DNA of 64,000 bases from NCBI RefSeq assembly GCF_004010195.1, contig NC_057716.1, forward strand, positions 52,689,713 to 52,753,712. Reading direction: 5' to 3'. Made by a program: the position numbers and the translations under genes. The notes below the pieces were generated by a model. That model had not been told where the DNA came from, made no database searches, and saw only the letters and a list, made by a program, of their open reading frames with translations. Origin of the DNA: Chiloscyllium plagiosum. Lineage: Eukaryota. This document shows positions 12,696-24,605 of this stretch, piece after piece (position 1 is the stretch's first letter; every line of letters begins with the position of its first letter).

Positions 12696-15226
12696 AACTA
12701 TATTGTTGCCAAATCTGCTAATGATGGAGATGGGCAGGAAAGCAAGTTTTGATAAGGAAAAAGTCTGTATAGGAATCTATGTATGTTATGTGACTGGGCA
12801 AAAAAAATAGCAGATGGAGTACAAAGCAAGAAAATATCAGATTGTATACTTTGGTAGGAAGAATAGAATAACAAAATATTACTTAATTGGAGAGAAACTG
12901 CAGAATGCTGCAGGATAGAAGGCGCCGGATGCACTAGTTTGTGAATCACAAAATAAAAATGAGTGTGCGGACAAAGCAAGTAATTCAGAAGGCAAATAAA
13001 ATCTTAGCAAGGAGGATGGATTAAAAAAGTAGGAAAATCTTACCACAACTATATTGGGCATTAGTGAGACTGCACCTGTGATACTGCATATACTTTCAGA
13101 ATCCTTACTTAAGGAGGGATTGCACTGCATTGGAAAAAGCTCACAAAATTCACATGCTGATTCTTGGGAAGAAGGAGTTGTCTTATCATGAGCCAATTCA
13201 GCCAAGTTTGGAAGAATGAGAGGTGATTTTAGTGAAACCCATAAGACTCTAAGAGAGCTTGTCAAGTTAAATGTTACAGGATTTAGGGACACAATTTAAC
13301 AATAAGGACTGTCCCACCTAAGTTAGGGCTAAGGAAGATTTTCTTTTCTAAGGGGGTCATTAGTCTTCAGAAGTCTCTTCAACAGACAGCATTTAAGGTT
13401 GAGTCAGATCGATTTTTGATTAGGAAGAAAGTTAAGAACAATGGGGTACAGGCAGCAATATGGAAATAAGGCCACAGTCTTATCAGCTATGATCTTACTG
13501 AATAGTGGAGTTGGCTCACTAGGCTGAATGGCCTCCTCCTACTCCTATTTCTTATGATCTTATAACAGAAGTCTTCAGGATATACTAAATTTGAATCAAA
13601 TTTGTTTACTCCAACATGCTGCTGCTCTCCATAGTTGCTCAACGGTGTAGGTGGAATTAATTAGGATTGTAATAAAGTTTCAGTGAAAGAGCAGAGCTTT
13701 GCCTGTGGCAATTTTGCCCAATACCGCTTCAATGTTGATCTGCCATATTTGTTCTTGGATACCAGCAATACAGCCGTGCCAGTGTTAACATCAAACAGCT
13801 TAGCCAACAACAAAAAAAAGCACCTCATCCACAAAACATGCTGCAATTCCTTTCATATTCACCATGGAAACAAGTTACGCACATGTAGAGTTTTCAAGGT
13901 GACAGAGGCATAAATATATCACGAGCTTCAAATGCCCCGACCATTTAATGTAGCAAATCACAAGGCAGGCATTACTTTCACTTGTCTTGGATTGTAGTCT
14001 TTTTGTTTTCATTTTATCTCAAGACCATGAGTCACAAGTCTGCACTAACCTCCGTTCCCCTCCATAATTTCCTTATGAAAAGATCTGAAAACAATCTCTT
14101 CCTAAGAGACACTTAATAGAAACGGACCTTTTCTTAAGAAGGTGATGCAGGAGTTTTGCTGGCTGTTCAGCCAGTCAGTAAGTCCTCCAACACTTAAATT
14201 AAACGGCACCCGAGACATCCAGGTTCTGTGTTATTCTTCAAGTTTTGAAATTTTGTCAAATGCAAGTCATTAATGTACATCAGCGAAAACTCTTCCTCCT
14301 GCAGAACATCTCTTATACATACCTTCCTGTTGTCTTAAAAAAAACTTCACTGAGACTGTATTCTGTCACTCAACCAGAACCATGCTGTCATCCGCCTTCT
14401 TATTTCATGGACTCCAATTTCAGTTACAAGTTTATTATGAAGCCTTTCAGAAGTCCATGTACAGCATATCAAACCCACCCTGTTAAAATTCAAACTGGAA
14501 GGTTAAACACAATCTGACTGTAGTAGATTACTGTGGCTTTCCTTAATTAATCTGCACTTGTTCAAGTTTAATTAATTTTGCATAAAAGTATTATGTCAAA
14601 ACGTTTCCACTAGTCTGCAGTTGTTGGGTCTTTCCTTATTTTTTTTTGTGACGTAGAATGAAACATTTGTAATTTTTCATTCCTTTGGCAACATCCCTTT
14701 TGGCTAAACAATTTTCCCTTAGAGTTTCATGGCCAAGGTTGAGCTTGTGCTGGCCACTAATTTATTGGGCATGCATGGCAGTGCAAAACATGTATCGCAC
14801 CCCCACACTCAGACAAATTGGTGACACACTGAACAAAATGTTATTTGGTTGGGAGATTATATTTAATTCTCTGCAGTGCCCACACACCCTTCAGCAACTT
14901 CAGATGCATCTCATCTGGTCATGATGCCTGACCAACTTTAAGTTAAGCCAAGTTTTGCAGTATCTTGTTTTTATCAATTTTCAATCTGTACTGTATCCCA
15001 ACATCTCCACAGTCACTATGATTAGGGTAGCATCTTTTCTCTTAATGAAAATATATCCCTCCTGCATCCCTGCATAGAATATTACTGAACGAGGCAACCA
15101 TCCAATAGCTTCCTTGGCCGATCATTCTGCCAAGCACAGAGCATAAACCTAACCCTATCAACAAAACCCCTAAGCCCTCAGGAAAATTCAGCCCTGAGTC
15201 CCAGTCACAAAATTGGAGATGTAGTG

Positions 15227-15779
15227 TGTGGCAATGCTGCTTCTTTAACAAGGTTATGTTGTCCTTGGTTTATTTTCAAGATGTGTCATAAAGGGAGAGA
15301 TTCCAATATGTCTGGAAATATCTACCTGAAAAGGCTTTGAATTTTTTTTTAAACACATGTACAATGAAAGAAAAATGGCCAGTTCTCTCAGTTAAGGGTT
15401 TTTCAGGTTTGGGTTTTAGCAAGCAGTCTGTTTGAGGCTGCTGGTCAAAGAAACATCTCCATGCTGATCCTCTCTCTCTCTCACCTGTCAGAACCCATGT
15501 TTTATTTTACCTATTTTGCCAATGGGTTGTTTATGGGGATGTTGCAAGCATTTGGAACAGCATCAATAAGTTGCAATAGAGTCGAGTGGGTTTTCAGATA
15601 GGTTAGTTATTCTAAATTCGGTCCTCTTTTGCTCACGTTCCATTCAGTAGTCTGTAAATACATTCTGTTTTGTTTAAAACTGAATTGTTGGGCCAGCAGC
15701 ATCACTCCTGGAATATCCACTTTACACCTGCTTAAAAAAACTGGGAATGTTGTAAGGGGTTCTGGCCTGGTCCATAACA
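15227..15779 (+). mobile_element. Solo LTR (553 bp) inserted into a CR1
   Basis: TGT...ACA termini; flanks AGTG / GGTG (4-bp TSD, 1 mismatch); host CR1 reads through (aaaattggagatgtagtg|gacaatgaagaa). Orientation tentative. Confidence 0.75.
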
Positions 15780-16528
15780 GGTGGACAATGAAGAAAGTTA
15801 CCTCAGAATACAAAACGATCTTGATCAGATGGGACAATGGGCCGAGGAGTGATAGATGGCGTTTAATTTAGATAAATATGAGGTGCTGCATTTTGGAAAG
15901 GCAATCAGGGCAGAACTTATACACTTACTGGTAAGATCCTGGGGTGTGTTGATGAATGAAGAGACCTTGGAGTGCAGGTTCATAGTTCCTTAAAAGTGGA
16001 GTCACAGGTAGATAGGATAATGAAGGAGGAGTTTGGTATGCTTTCCTTTATTGGTCAGTGTATTGAGAATAGGAGTTGGGAGGTCATTTTGTGGCTGTGC
16101 AGGACATTGGTAAGGACTGTGTGCAATTCTGGTCTCCCTACTATAGGAAGGATGTTGTGAAACTTGAAAGGGTTCAGAAAAGACTTACAAGGATGTTGGA
16201 CGTTTGAGGTAAAGGGAGAGACTGAATAGACTGGGACTATTTTACCTGGAGTGTCAGAGGCTGAGGTTTATAAAATCATGAGGGGGCATGGATAAGGTAA
16301 ATAGACAAGGTCTTTTCCTTGGGCTGAGGAGATCAAAACTCGAGGGCATAGGTTTAAGGTGAAAGGACAAAGATTTAAAAGGGACGTAAGGAGCAATGTT
16401 TTCATGCAGAGGGTGAGAGGGTGGAATGAACTGCCAGAGGAAGTGGTGGAAGCTGATACAATTACAACATTTAAAAGGCATCTGGATGGATCTATGAATA
16501 GGAAGGCTGGCAAATGGAATTAGATTTA

Positions 16529-17249
16529 TAAGACCATAAGAAATAGAAGAAGAAATTAGGCTATTCTGCCCATCAAGTCTGCTTTGTGATTCAATCATGG
16601 CTGATAAGTTTCTCAAACCCTTTCTCCCACTTTCTCCCCATAACCCTTGACCCCTTTGACAATCAAGAATCTATCTAATTCCATCTCAGATATAGTCTAT
16701 GACTTGGCCTCCACAGCCATCTGTGGTAATGAATTCCATTGATTCATCACTCTCTGGCTGAAGACATTTATCCTTATCTCCGTTCTAAAATGTCTTCCTT
16801 TTACTCTAAGGCTATGTCCTCGGCTCCTAGTCTTTCCTACCAATGGAAACATCTTCCCAATATCCATTCTGTCCAGGCCATTTAGTACTCTCTAAATTTC
16901 AATTAGATCCCCACTCATCCTTCTAAACTCCATTGATTTTAGTCTCAGAGTCCTCAAACATTCCTCATATGTTAAGTTTTTCATTCCTGGGACCATTCTC
17001 ATGCACTCCCTCTGAACCCGCTCTTGGGCCATACATCTTTCCTGAGATATGGTGCCCAAAACTGTACACAGTAATCTAAATGTGATCTGACTATAGCTTT
17101 ATAGAGCCTCAGAAGTACATCTCTGCTTCTATATTCAGGTCCTCTCAAAATAAATGACAACATTACATTTGCCTTCCTAACTGTTGACTCAATCTGCAAG
17201 TTTACCTTGAGAGAATTCTGGTCTAGAACTCCCACTTCTCCTGGCACTT
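16529..17249 (-). mobile_element. 5'-truncated CR1 (tcttatgg-tail subfamily)
   Basis: ORF 16999-17247 (LYKAIVRSHLDYCVQFWAPYLRKD); ATTTA on both sides (16524-16528, 17250-17254). Confidence 0.9.
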
Positions 17250-18349
17250 ATTTAGGATATGGTCAGCATTGACGGGTTGGACTGAAGTGTCTGTTTCCAT
17301 GCTGTATATCTTTATGACTCTGTATCAATGATTCTGAGTATCCCAAAACATCCAGTTCAAAATTAATTGCCTCATTCACAAATCCTTCAATACCTCTTCA
17401 ATTCTCGTTATTCTACATCTTCTACCATGTACCTCTGCATAATCCAATCTTCTGTATGTTCCCTTCTCTTTATCCCAACAGAGATTACCTTATCGAAAAG
17501 GAAAATTGTGAAATGAGACTGATCTTTCCTCTGAAATTAAAGCCAAAACTGAAATTTGAAACTAAAATTTCTGGGAAGACTGAAACAATACGAAAAGGCA
17601 CAGGGATTTGTCAGATCACAGGCGATGATTCCAGTGGTGCAGTAAAAGCAGGCTGAAGAATAAAGAAGCCAAATTCAGAAGCTGAGAATAGACCAATATA
17701 GAGTTGCTACAGCTGCTTCTGTTACTTGACGATAACATCGTCAAGAAATGTGTCACTTTAATGTGTGTCTGTGGAACCCAGGTTGGTTGCACGCCGCTAT
17801 TTACTGGCAATCAGATAGATGAATCCTTAATGAGGAACTGAGAGTCCTTGTGAGGAGGATTGTATTTTCATGGACTTTTAAGACTCAGATTGACGATTTA
17901 TGCAAAGTGGTCTGTCAAGCCAATTTATGAGATCCTTCCTTGTTGTATCTCCCATTTAAGTTTACTGACTCCAATTTGCCTATCAATTTGAGTTTATCTA
18001 ATATTGATCCTGTATTTCAAAATATGGGTAATAATCCAAATAATATTTAGCATTTTCTTTGTCTGACTTTGTTTGTTCATTGAGTAACTGGGATTGAGAA
18101 CATACCAATTGCTTAAGTTCCCAATGTCAATACCTTAAATTGAAACTCAATATTAAAATTAATTCAGGTCTGTTGACAAATGTGACACTTTTGTTTTTGT
18201 AAAATAATGTTCTATCAGTCAGAATTCTAGTTTGCAATCTTCATTATTCCAAATAATCTGCCAGATCTGCAATCTTACACAATATATAAAATAGATTTGT
18301 GCTCTTAATGCTGAAACCTCCACAAAGCATTATCTGAATCTAAACCATA

Positions 18350-18707
18350 CAAGTGTTGATGTCGCTGGGCTAGTAATTCTAGAAGTCCAGATCAATGTTT
18401 GGGGGATATAGGTTTGAAACCCACAAAGGCAGTTGGGGAAATCTGAATTAAAAGCTAGTCTAATGCCAGTTTAAGGTTTATTGTTGTAAAAAGCCCACTA
18501 AGGATTCACTTATGTCCTTTAGGAAAGGAAATCTGCCATCCTTACCTGTTCTGGCCTGCACACGACTCAAGATTCACAATATGGTTGACTCTTAATTATC
18601 CTCTGAAATGGTGAAACAAGCCACTCAGTTCAAGGACAATTAAAGATAGGCAATACATTCTGGCCTGGTCAATGATGCCCACATCCAATGCTGGAATTCA
18701 AATAAAA
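18350..18707 (+). mobile_element. SacSINE1-like DeuSINE
   Basis: tRNA-like head, central 'tccttt aggaaaggaaatctgccatccttacc' Deu-like block, 3' tail shared with LINE-B. Confidence 0.8.
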
Positions 18708-19744
18708 ACACAGGGCATTTTTGTTCATGGGATGTGAGAATTGTTATCAAGGCCAACATTCATTGCCCATCCTTAATCACCTTTGAAAGGGTAGGAGTGA
18801 ACCTTCTTGAACTACTGTGGTCCACCTGGTGGAGGTAAACCCATAGTTCTGTCAGGAAGGGAACTCCAGATGTTTGATCCAGAGACGGGGCAGGAACAGT
18901 GATATATTCCTTAGTCAGACCAATCTGTGGCTTGAAGGTGAACTTAAGTGTGGTGGTATTCTCATGCATCTGCTGTCCTCGTTCTTCTGGGAAGTAGAAT
19001 TTTCTTGTATTGGGAAGTACTGTTTTTTGGAGCTTTGGCAAGTTGATACAGTCTATTTTATAAGTAATACACACTGCTGCTACTGTGTGGCAGTACTGGA
19101 TGGACTGAACTTTAAGGTCACTGATGCAGTGTCAATCAATGGGCTACATTGTTCTGGGTTGTGCCAAATTTCTTGAGTGTTGTTAGGGCTGCACTCACCT
19201 AGGTAAGAGAAGAAAATTCCTGTCGTGTACGTTATGGAAAGTGGTCAGGCATGGGGAGTTAAAAGCTAAATTACTTGTTCAGAATTTTCAATGTTTGACC
19301 TGCTCTTGTAGCCATATTCATATGGCTGACTCTGATAAGTTCTGTTCAAGGGTAACCTTCAGGGTGTTGATAAGGGTGATTCAGTGATGATAATGCCACT
19401 AAATGTCAATGGAAGAATGTTAGACTCCCCTTTAGTGGAAATTATCATTGCCTAACATTTATAATGCTACTTGCCATTTGTCAGCCCAGGTCAAACTGTT
19501 GTCCAGGTCTTGATGCATATGTACAGAGTGCAACAATATCTGAGGAGTCATGAATGATGCAGAATATTGTCCAATCATCAGCAGGCATCCACACTCTGAC
19601 CTTCTGAAGAGTGGAATTTCGTTGATGAAGCAGTTTATGATGGTTGAGTCTAGGACACTACCCTAATGAACTCTTGCAGAGATATTTTAGGATTATGATG
19701 ATTGTTTTCCAAAAACAACAACTCCCCAGAGAACAGCAAAGACA

Positions 19745-19907
19745 CTGGCACAAGATTGAGTGAAATAAATTCTTGATTGATAATCAGCAAACAGTAAAGT
19801 GAGTAGGCAGAAAACTAGAATTGGGATGACAATCAGTCCATCCATGATCTAATCAAATGATAGAATAGACTCAAGAGTAGATTAATCTCCTCGTGCTCCT
19901 AATTTTG
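19745..19907 (+). mobile_element. Old CR1 3' end
   Basis: 'atcagtccatccatgatctaatcaaatgatagaatagactcaag...ctcctaatt' 3'UTR pattern. Confidence 0.6.
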
Positions 19908-20590
19908 CACCTGTCGATAAATTCCTTCCCTTTTGTTAGGAAAGAATGCAAATAGTAGAGGGTTTTCACTTTAGTTTTTGCCATGCTCAGTCACGTACTG
20001 CATTGATGTAAAGAACAGTCACTCTGAAATTCAGCTCTTTTGCAATGTTTGATCCAAGAGGTAATGAGTTCTAGAGTTGAGTGACTTTGATGAAATCCAA
20101 AATCAACAGCATTGGACAGTTTCTTGATGTGTAAATACTACTTTTCTTAACCTAACATCTTCGGAACAACTGTCTAGTTGTTGTCAAAGCCAATAGCCTT
20201 ATATCCAGTGCCTTCAGTCATTTCTCAGTAACACGTATACGAACTGAATTTACAGTCAAACAGCATCTGCGATTCTGGGGACCTCACAAAGAGGTTGGGA
20301 TGAATCATCTGCTTAGCACATTTGGCTAAAGATATGCTTCATTCTTATATTTTGCATCTTCTTGTATCTTGTATGTGCTGGGCTTCGACATCACAGAGGA
20401 TGGGGATCTCTTAGGAGACTCCTGCTCTGGTTATTTAATTATCCACCGGCATTCACTACTGCATGTGGCACAACAGTAGAGCTTCCATCTGAACCACAAA
20501 GTGTGGGATCACTTTACTTTGTCCTGTTCATGTTTTGCATGATGCGTTGTAGCCTCTCCAGGTTGGTGCCGCATTTTAAGTTATACCTGG

Positions 20591-20728
20591 CAGCCTTTAT
20601 TCCTGATGAAGGGCTTTTGCCCAAAACATCGATTTTACTGCCCCTCGGATGCTGCCTGACCAGCAGTGCTCTTCCAGCACCACTAATCCAGAATCTGGTT
20701 TCCAGCATCTGCAGTCATTGTTTTTACC
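20591..20728 (+). mobile_element. Short PLE terminal-repeat unit (family A) with hammerhead motif (GAAA decayed to AAAA)
   Basis: attc-CTGATGA-a-gggc-tttt-gccc-aaaac-atc-gatt followed by gatgctgcctgacc...ccagcatctgcag. Confidence 0.85.
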
Positions 20729-20994
20729 CCATTACTTGTCATGTGCCCTCTGAAACTGCCTTATTAAATTTGTATTGGACCTGTAGCTTGATGCTAATTG
20801 TAGAGAAAGGGTGATTGAATATTGCTCTGCTCCTGCTGATAGGCCACAAAAACTAATGGATTTGCAGTTTTAAGTTCCTAAATTTGTTTTGGCCTATCCC
20901 ATTTACAATTGTGAGAGTGTCAAACAATACAATGGAACATGTCAACTTTATCTCCACAAGGGCAGTCTGATGCTCACTCTTCCCAACAATGTTG

Positions 20995-21233
20995 GGGAAT
21001 CTGGGGAGAAGGTAGCTGAGAGTGCAATAGGCAGATGGAGGAGGGGATGAAGGTGATAGGTTGGAAAGGAGGGTGGAGCAGATAGGTGGGAAGGAAGATT
21101 CAGCGATGCTAACACCTGATGAAGGACGTTTGTCCGAAACATCGATTTTCCTGCTCCTCAAATGCTGCCTGACCGGTTGTGCTTTTCCAGCACCACTCTG
21201 ATTTCCAGCATGTGCAGTCCTCACTTTTGCCTA
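20995..21233. mobile_element. PLE family A remnant: antisense 3' region plus sense terminal repeat
   Basis: 20995-21100 matches 48035-48130 of the long PLE; 21115-21233 is the terminal repeat in opposite orientation. Confidence 0.85.
21112..21147 (+). ncRNA. Minimal hammerhead ribozyme motif with compensatory stem II
   Basis: CTGATGA (21116-21122)-a-ggac-gttt-gtcc-GAAAC-ATC. Confidence 0.65.
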
Positions 21234-22062
21234 TGCACAATTATCTATCCAAATTGATGCAGGCAGCAGGCCAATTTCATGCTGCCTGCTGTTTAACATG
21301 ATTTCAGCATGCAGCAAGTGCTAACTGCATTGGTAACCAGCTGCAGGCCTCAGTAGGGTTACTAAAACCTTAAGATGCTCGCATTACTTAGGGCTAGTCT
21401 TGACTACTTCAAGCTAACAAGAAGTTTTTAAGGAAAAAGTCCAACATGACTGGAACAGATGCTGAAAGCCATCTCTAACTGATCCTGATCTGAGATTGAA
21501 ATCTCCATGTCATGATACACACTGGGTGTGAACGTTTCTGGATGATATGCTGAAGACGTTAGTTAAGGAGATGTGAGAAGGACAAGTGCCCTGAATCTGC
21601 AGGAGATGTAAAGCCCTCTGATTCGTGCTGTATGGCTCTAAATATATGCACAGATACCATTGAAAACAGATAGTCTTTAAGATTTAGGCCAGGAAACAAG
21701 ACCAGAGGAACGAGATGAAGATCTGTAAGCACTTCCATAAATCCCCATAAATGTTCAACACTTTAGTGAGAGCACTGACAGCCCAGATGTCCATTTGACT
21801 GTTGAAATGTCTGTGCTTCAGAGAAAAACACTGCTTGTTTGGCAATTCTGGCTCTCCAATCTTTAATGTTAATTGTACAATATTTATTTATTCAAGATAC
21901 AAAGATTCAAGAGCTTGTAGTTTTGAATGCTGATACTTTAACAGTTGTAGATAGTTGATACATTTATTGTTCTGCAGAGAAATATAAAGTATATTTTTTT
22001 AAAAGTTGAAAGTTATCAATGAATGACTGATGTCTTTTTTCACATATCCTATTTCCTTGTCT

Positions 22063-22478
22063 AGAGGATAAAGCAGCCCACTTGATTGGGTCTACATCCA
22101 CAAACATTCAGGCCCTCCACTCTGACAATCAGTCATTCAAGATCTACAAGATGCGCTGTAGCAATTCACTTTAGACAGCACCTTTCAAACCCACGGCCAC
22201 TACTTTTTAGAAGGATAAGGGCAGCAGAAACATGGGAACATGACTACCTGCAAGTTCAGTTCCACTCCAAGCCACTCATCATGCAATGTGGAAGTATATT
22301 ACCATCCTTCAGTATTGCTGGATCAAAACCATGGAACTCCCTTCCCTAACAACATTGTGGATCTACCTACATATCAAATGTATGGCAGTGGTTCAAGGCG
22401 GCAGCTTGCCACAACCCTTTTAAAGGCAATTAGGGATGGGAAAGTAAATGCTGGTCCACATCCTGAGAGTGACTAAAG
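22063..22478 (+). mobile_element. LINE-B 3' end
   Basis: Homologous to 5650-6057 (ggataaagcagcccacttgattgg...aggcaattagggatggg). Confidence 0.85.
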
Positions 22479-22749
22479 CATTCATTGGTTTTATACAATA
22501 TTTAGAGGCTGAAAGGACATGAAAGCACCATAGCTTCACAAAAAAGTGTGATGCAGTTTGGTGTGGTGTGACACCATGGAGATGGGGTGAAAAGTTGCAA
22601 TGAAGAAGATGGAAAAGAGCATTGGTGCAATGACACAGCCTAGTTTAACCCCCATTTGCACACTTATTAGGTCTGAGGATGGTCCATCGATGATACTCAT
22701 GGTTTGCACGTTGTTGTGTAGCAGGTGGAGAATGAAGAATTAGCCTTCC

Positions 22750-23620
22750 TGTGAAGGCATCATGTCACATTCAGAGTCCGCGTTCCAAATTATCATCAAT
22801 GCATTCATAGAGGAGTTTAAGAGAATGGGCCTTCAGGATCCAGAAGACAAAAGGAGCAAATATGCTCCCCAAATGTCAAAATTCACAATGAGTCACTGGA
22901 CAATGAATCAAATCACATTCATTGGGAGTCTCCTTTCAGTGAGGGCAGATAATAATGATGAAAGTCAACATTGCCTCCATCTATCAGTACAGCCTTATGT
23001 CATTTGAGGAACAAAGTATTTGACAACAAATATCTCAAACCTGACACCACAATTATGGTCTACAGGGCAGTGTAACTCAGAGACATAAACAATGAACTGC
23101 TGACACCACAAATCCCTTGAGGCACAGCATCAGACATGCCTCCAGAAAATCCTGCAAATTCACTGGTCTTCCAACATCACAATCTTCTCTCATACCAATG
23201 TATTCATTGAGGGATTGGTAATAATTGATCACGTGTTAAATGGACCACATCATCTGCAAACCTGACACAAAATTTCCAAAATATGTTTCGATTCCAGGCT
23301 TTGTCATAGCAAGTGATTATCAGAAATGCTTCAAGGATGTTCTCAAATGCTGAAAAAGATACAATATTCTCGCCAACTCAGAGATATCAGACCCAACAAC
23401 GTCCAATTTGGAGAAATAACATCTGTGAAGGAGCCAACCTTTTTGAGCCCAGATTCAAAAAAAAATGCAAACAGTAGAAGAAACACAAGAAACTCAAATA
23501 CCCATTTCAGCAAACAGTGGCAAGGTTTGTGGATCCAGCAGTGGATTATTTAGCTACCTCAGGACTCAGAACACCAGAGTGGAAGCAGATCATTCTTAAT
23601 CCTGAGGGATTTCCCAAGAA
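22750..23620 (+). mobile_element. Decayed RTE-clade LINE, 3' part
   Basis: ORF 22762-23007 (SESAFQIIINAF...FIGSLLSVRADNNDESQH) resembles the RTE RT end; downstream MVYRAV and HQTCLQKILQIHW, a zinc-finger-like end (VCGSSSGLFSYLRT) and a gagggatttcccaagaa terminus. Confidence 0.8.
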
Positions 23621-24081
23621 ACATGTTGAACAGATCAACTCTTGATACTACATTAAAATTATGATAATCAATTCTAACATTTCACTGCCAATCTCAGTGG
23701 AACTTACGGGAATTTTATGTTTTAGTTTGGTATATTTTAACTTTTCTAATGGATTATTGATCACTGAAACCTTTCTTGCTCTAAATATAACAGTCAACAG
23801 ATATTGATAGTTGCCTATTTATTTTCTCTGTCTCCTCTTTGTTTACTTTCTAAACAGCAGTCCCTGACGTAAAGCCACAATGTATTTGCTGGCCTCCAAC
23901 AAATCAATTCTTGAGCAGCTGCTAGAAAGTCATGAGAAAGCCCTGAGGTAAATTTGCAGTGATTTTCATCCTCTCTGTGGAAAAAAAAACATGGAATATA
24001 ACCAAATCCAGAGACACACTGTGTGAGGAATTGTATGGGAATTCATATTCTACAAGTGTGCACTGTTTCCAAGCTGTTTTA

Positions 24082-24210
24082 GGAACATAGAGACAGCAAT
24101 AGGCCATTTGGCATGGATTTTATCTTTCAACTAGACCATGTCTGCTCTGTATCCTAACTCTATTTACCTGTATTGGATTCATAACCCTAATACCTGCTGA
24201 ATAAAAATCT
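24082..24210 (-). mobile_element. Old CR1 3' end
   Basis: gaacatag...aataggccattt 3'UTR pattern. Confidence 0.55.
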
Positions 24211-24484
24211 GAAAAAAAATGGGAATTTCTGTTTACATTTCATAGTACAACACTCCTTAACCTCTACTAGAAAAAGTTTGGACCTCTAAAATAAAGATGA
24301 TTCAAAAGAACTATTATTGATCAAACAACTTACGTGTTAATGAAATTATTATGCTGCTTTAATTGCGAATTATCTTGAATGACCTTTACTCTAAACCTTG
24401 ACTGGCAGATGTGAAAGATACCACAAGATGCCAGCAATGCCAATCAGGGTAACATCAGCAACAGTGTTCCTCTATGGAGAACTT

Positions 24485-24605
24485 AACATTTCAGTTCCTG
24501 AGTAATTTGGTCTCAAAACACTAACTCTTGTCTCTGTCTCCACAGTCACTCCCAGACCAACCAGGTGTCTCCGTTTTATTTTAGATCTGCAGTACTTGGC
24601 TATTA
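24485..24605 (+). mobile_element. Old PLE terminal-repeat remnant (family D-like)
   Basis: aaaacactaactcttgtctctgtctccacag...atctgcagtac resembles 60325-60405. Confidence 0.5.

Larger units (their letters stand above)
10080..13565 (+). mobile_element. Old, heavily decayed CR1 (endonuclease to 3' end) hosting two younger insertions
   Basis: APE-like motifs near 10130-10230 (ETWLQ, ELNVQ), RT remnants 12190-12300 and 12700-13300, ttcttatgatcttat tail at about 13560. Confidence 0.75.
15205..17325 (+). mobile_element. 5'-truncated CR1 interrupted by a solo LTR and an antisense CR1
   Basis: RT/C-terminal sequence at 15205-15226 and 15780-16528; 3'UTR resumes at 17250-17325 with tatgactctgt tail. 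Confidence 0.85.
18720..20995 (-). mobile_element. Long decayed LINE-B copy, fragmented by CR1 and PLE insertions
   Basis: Reverse complement of the 4690-6057 family at its left end, continuing into RT-like sequence (FADD-like 'cctgctgatgatt' at about 19575). Confidence 0.75.
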
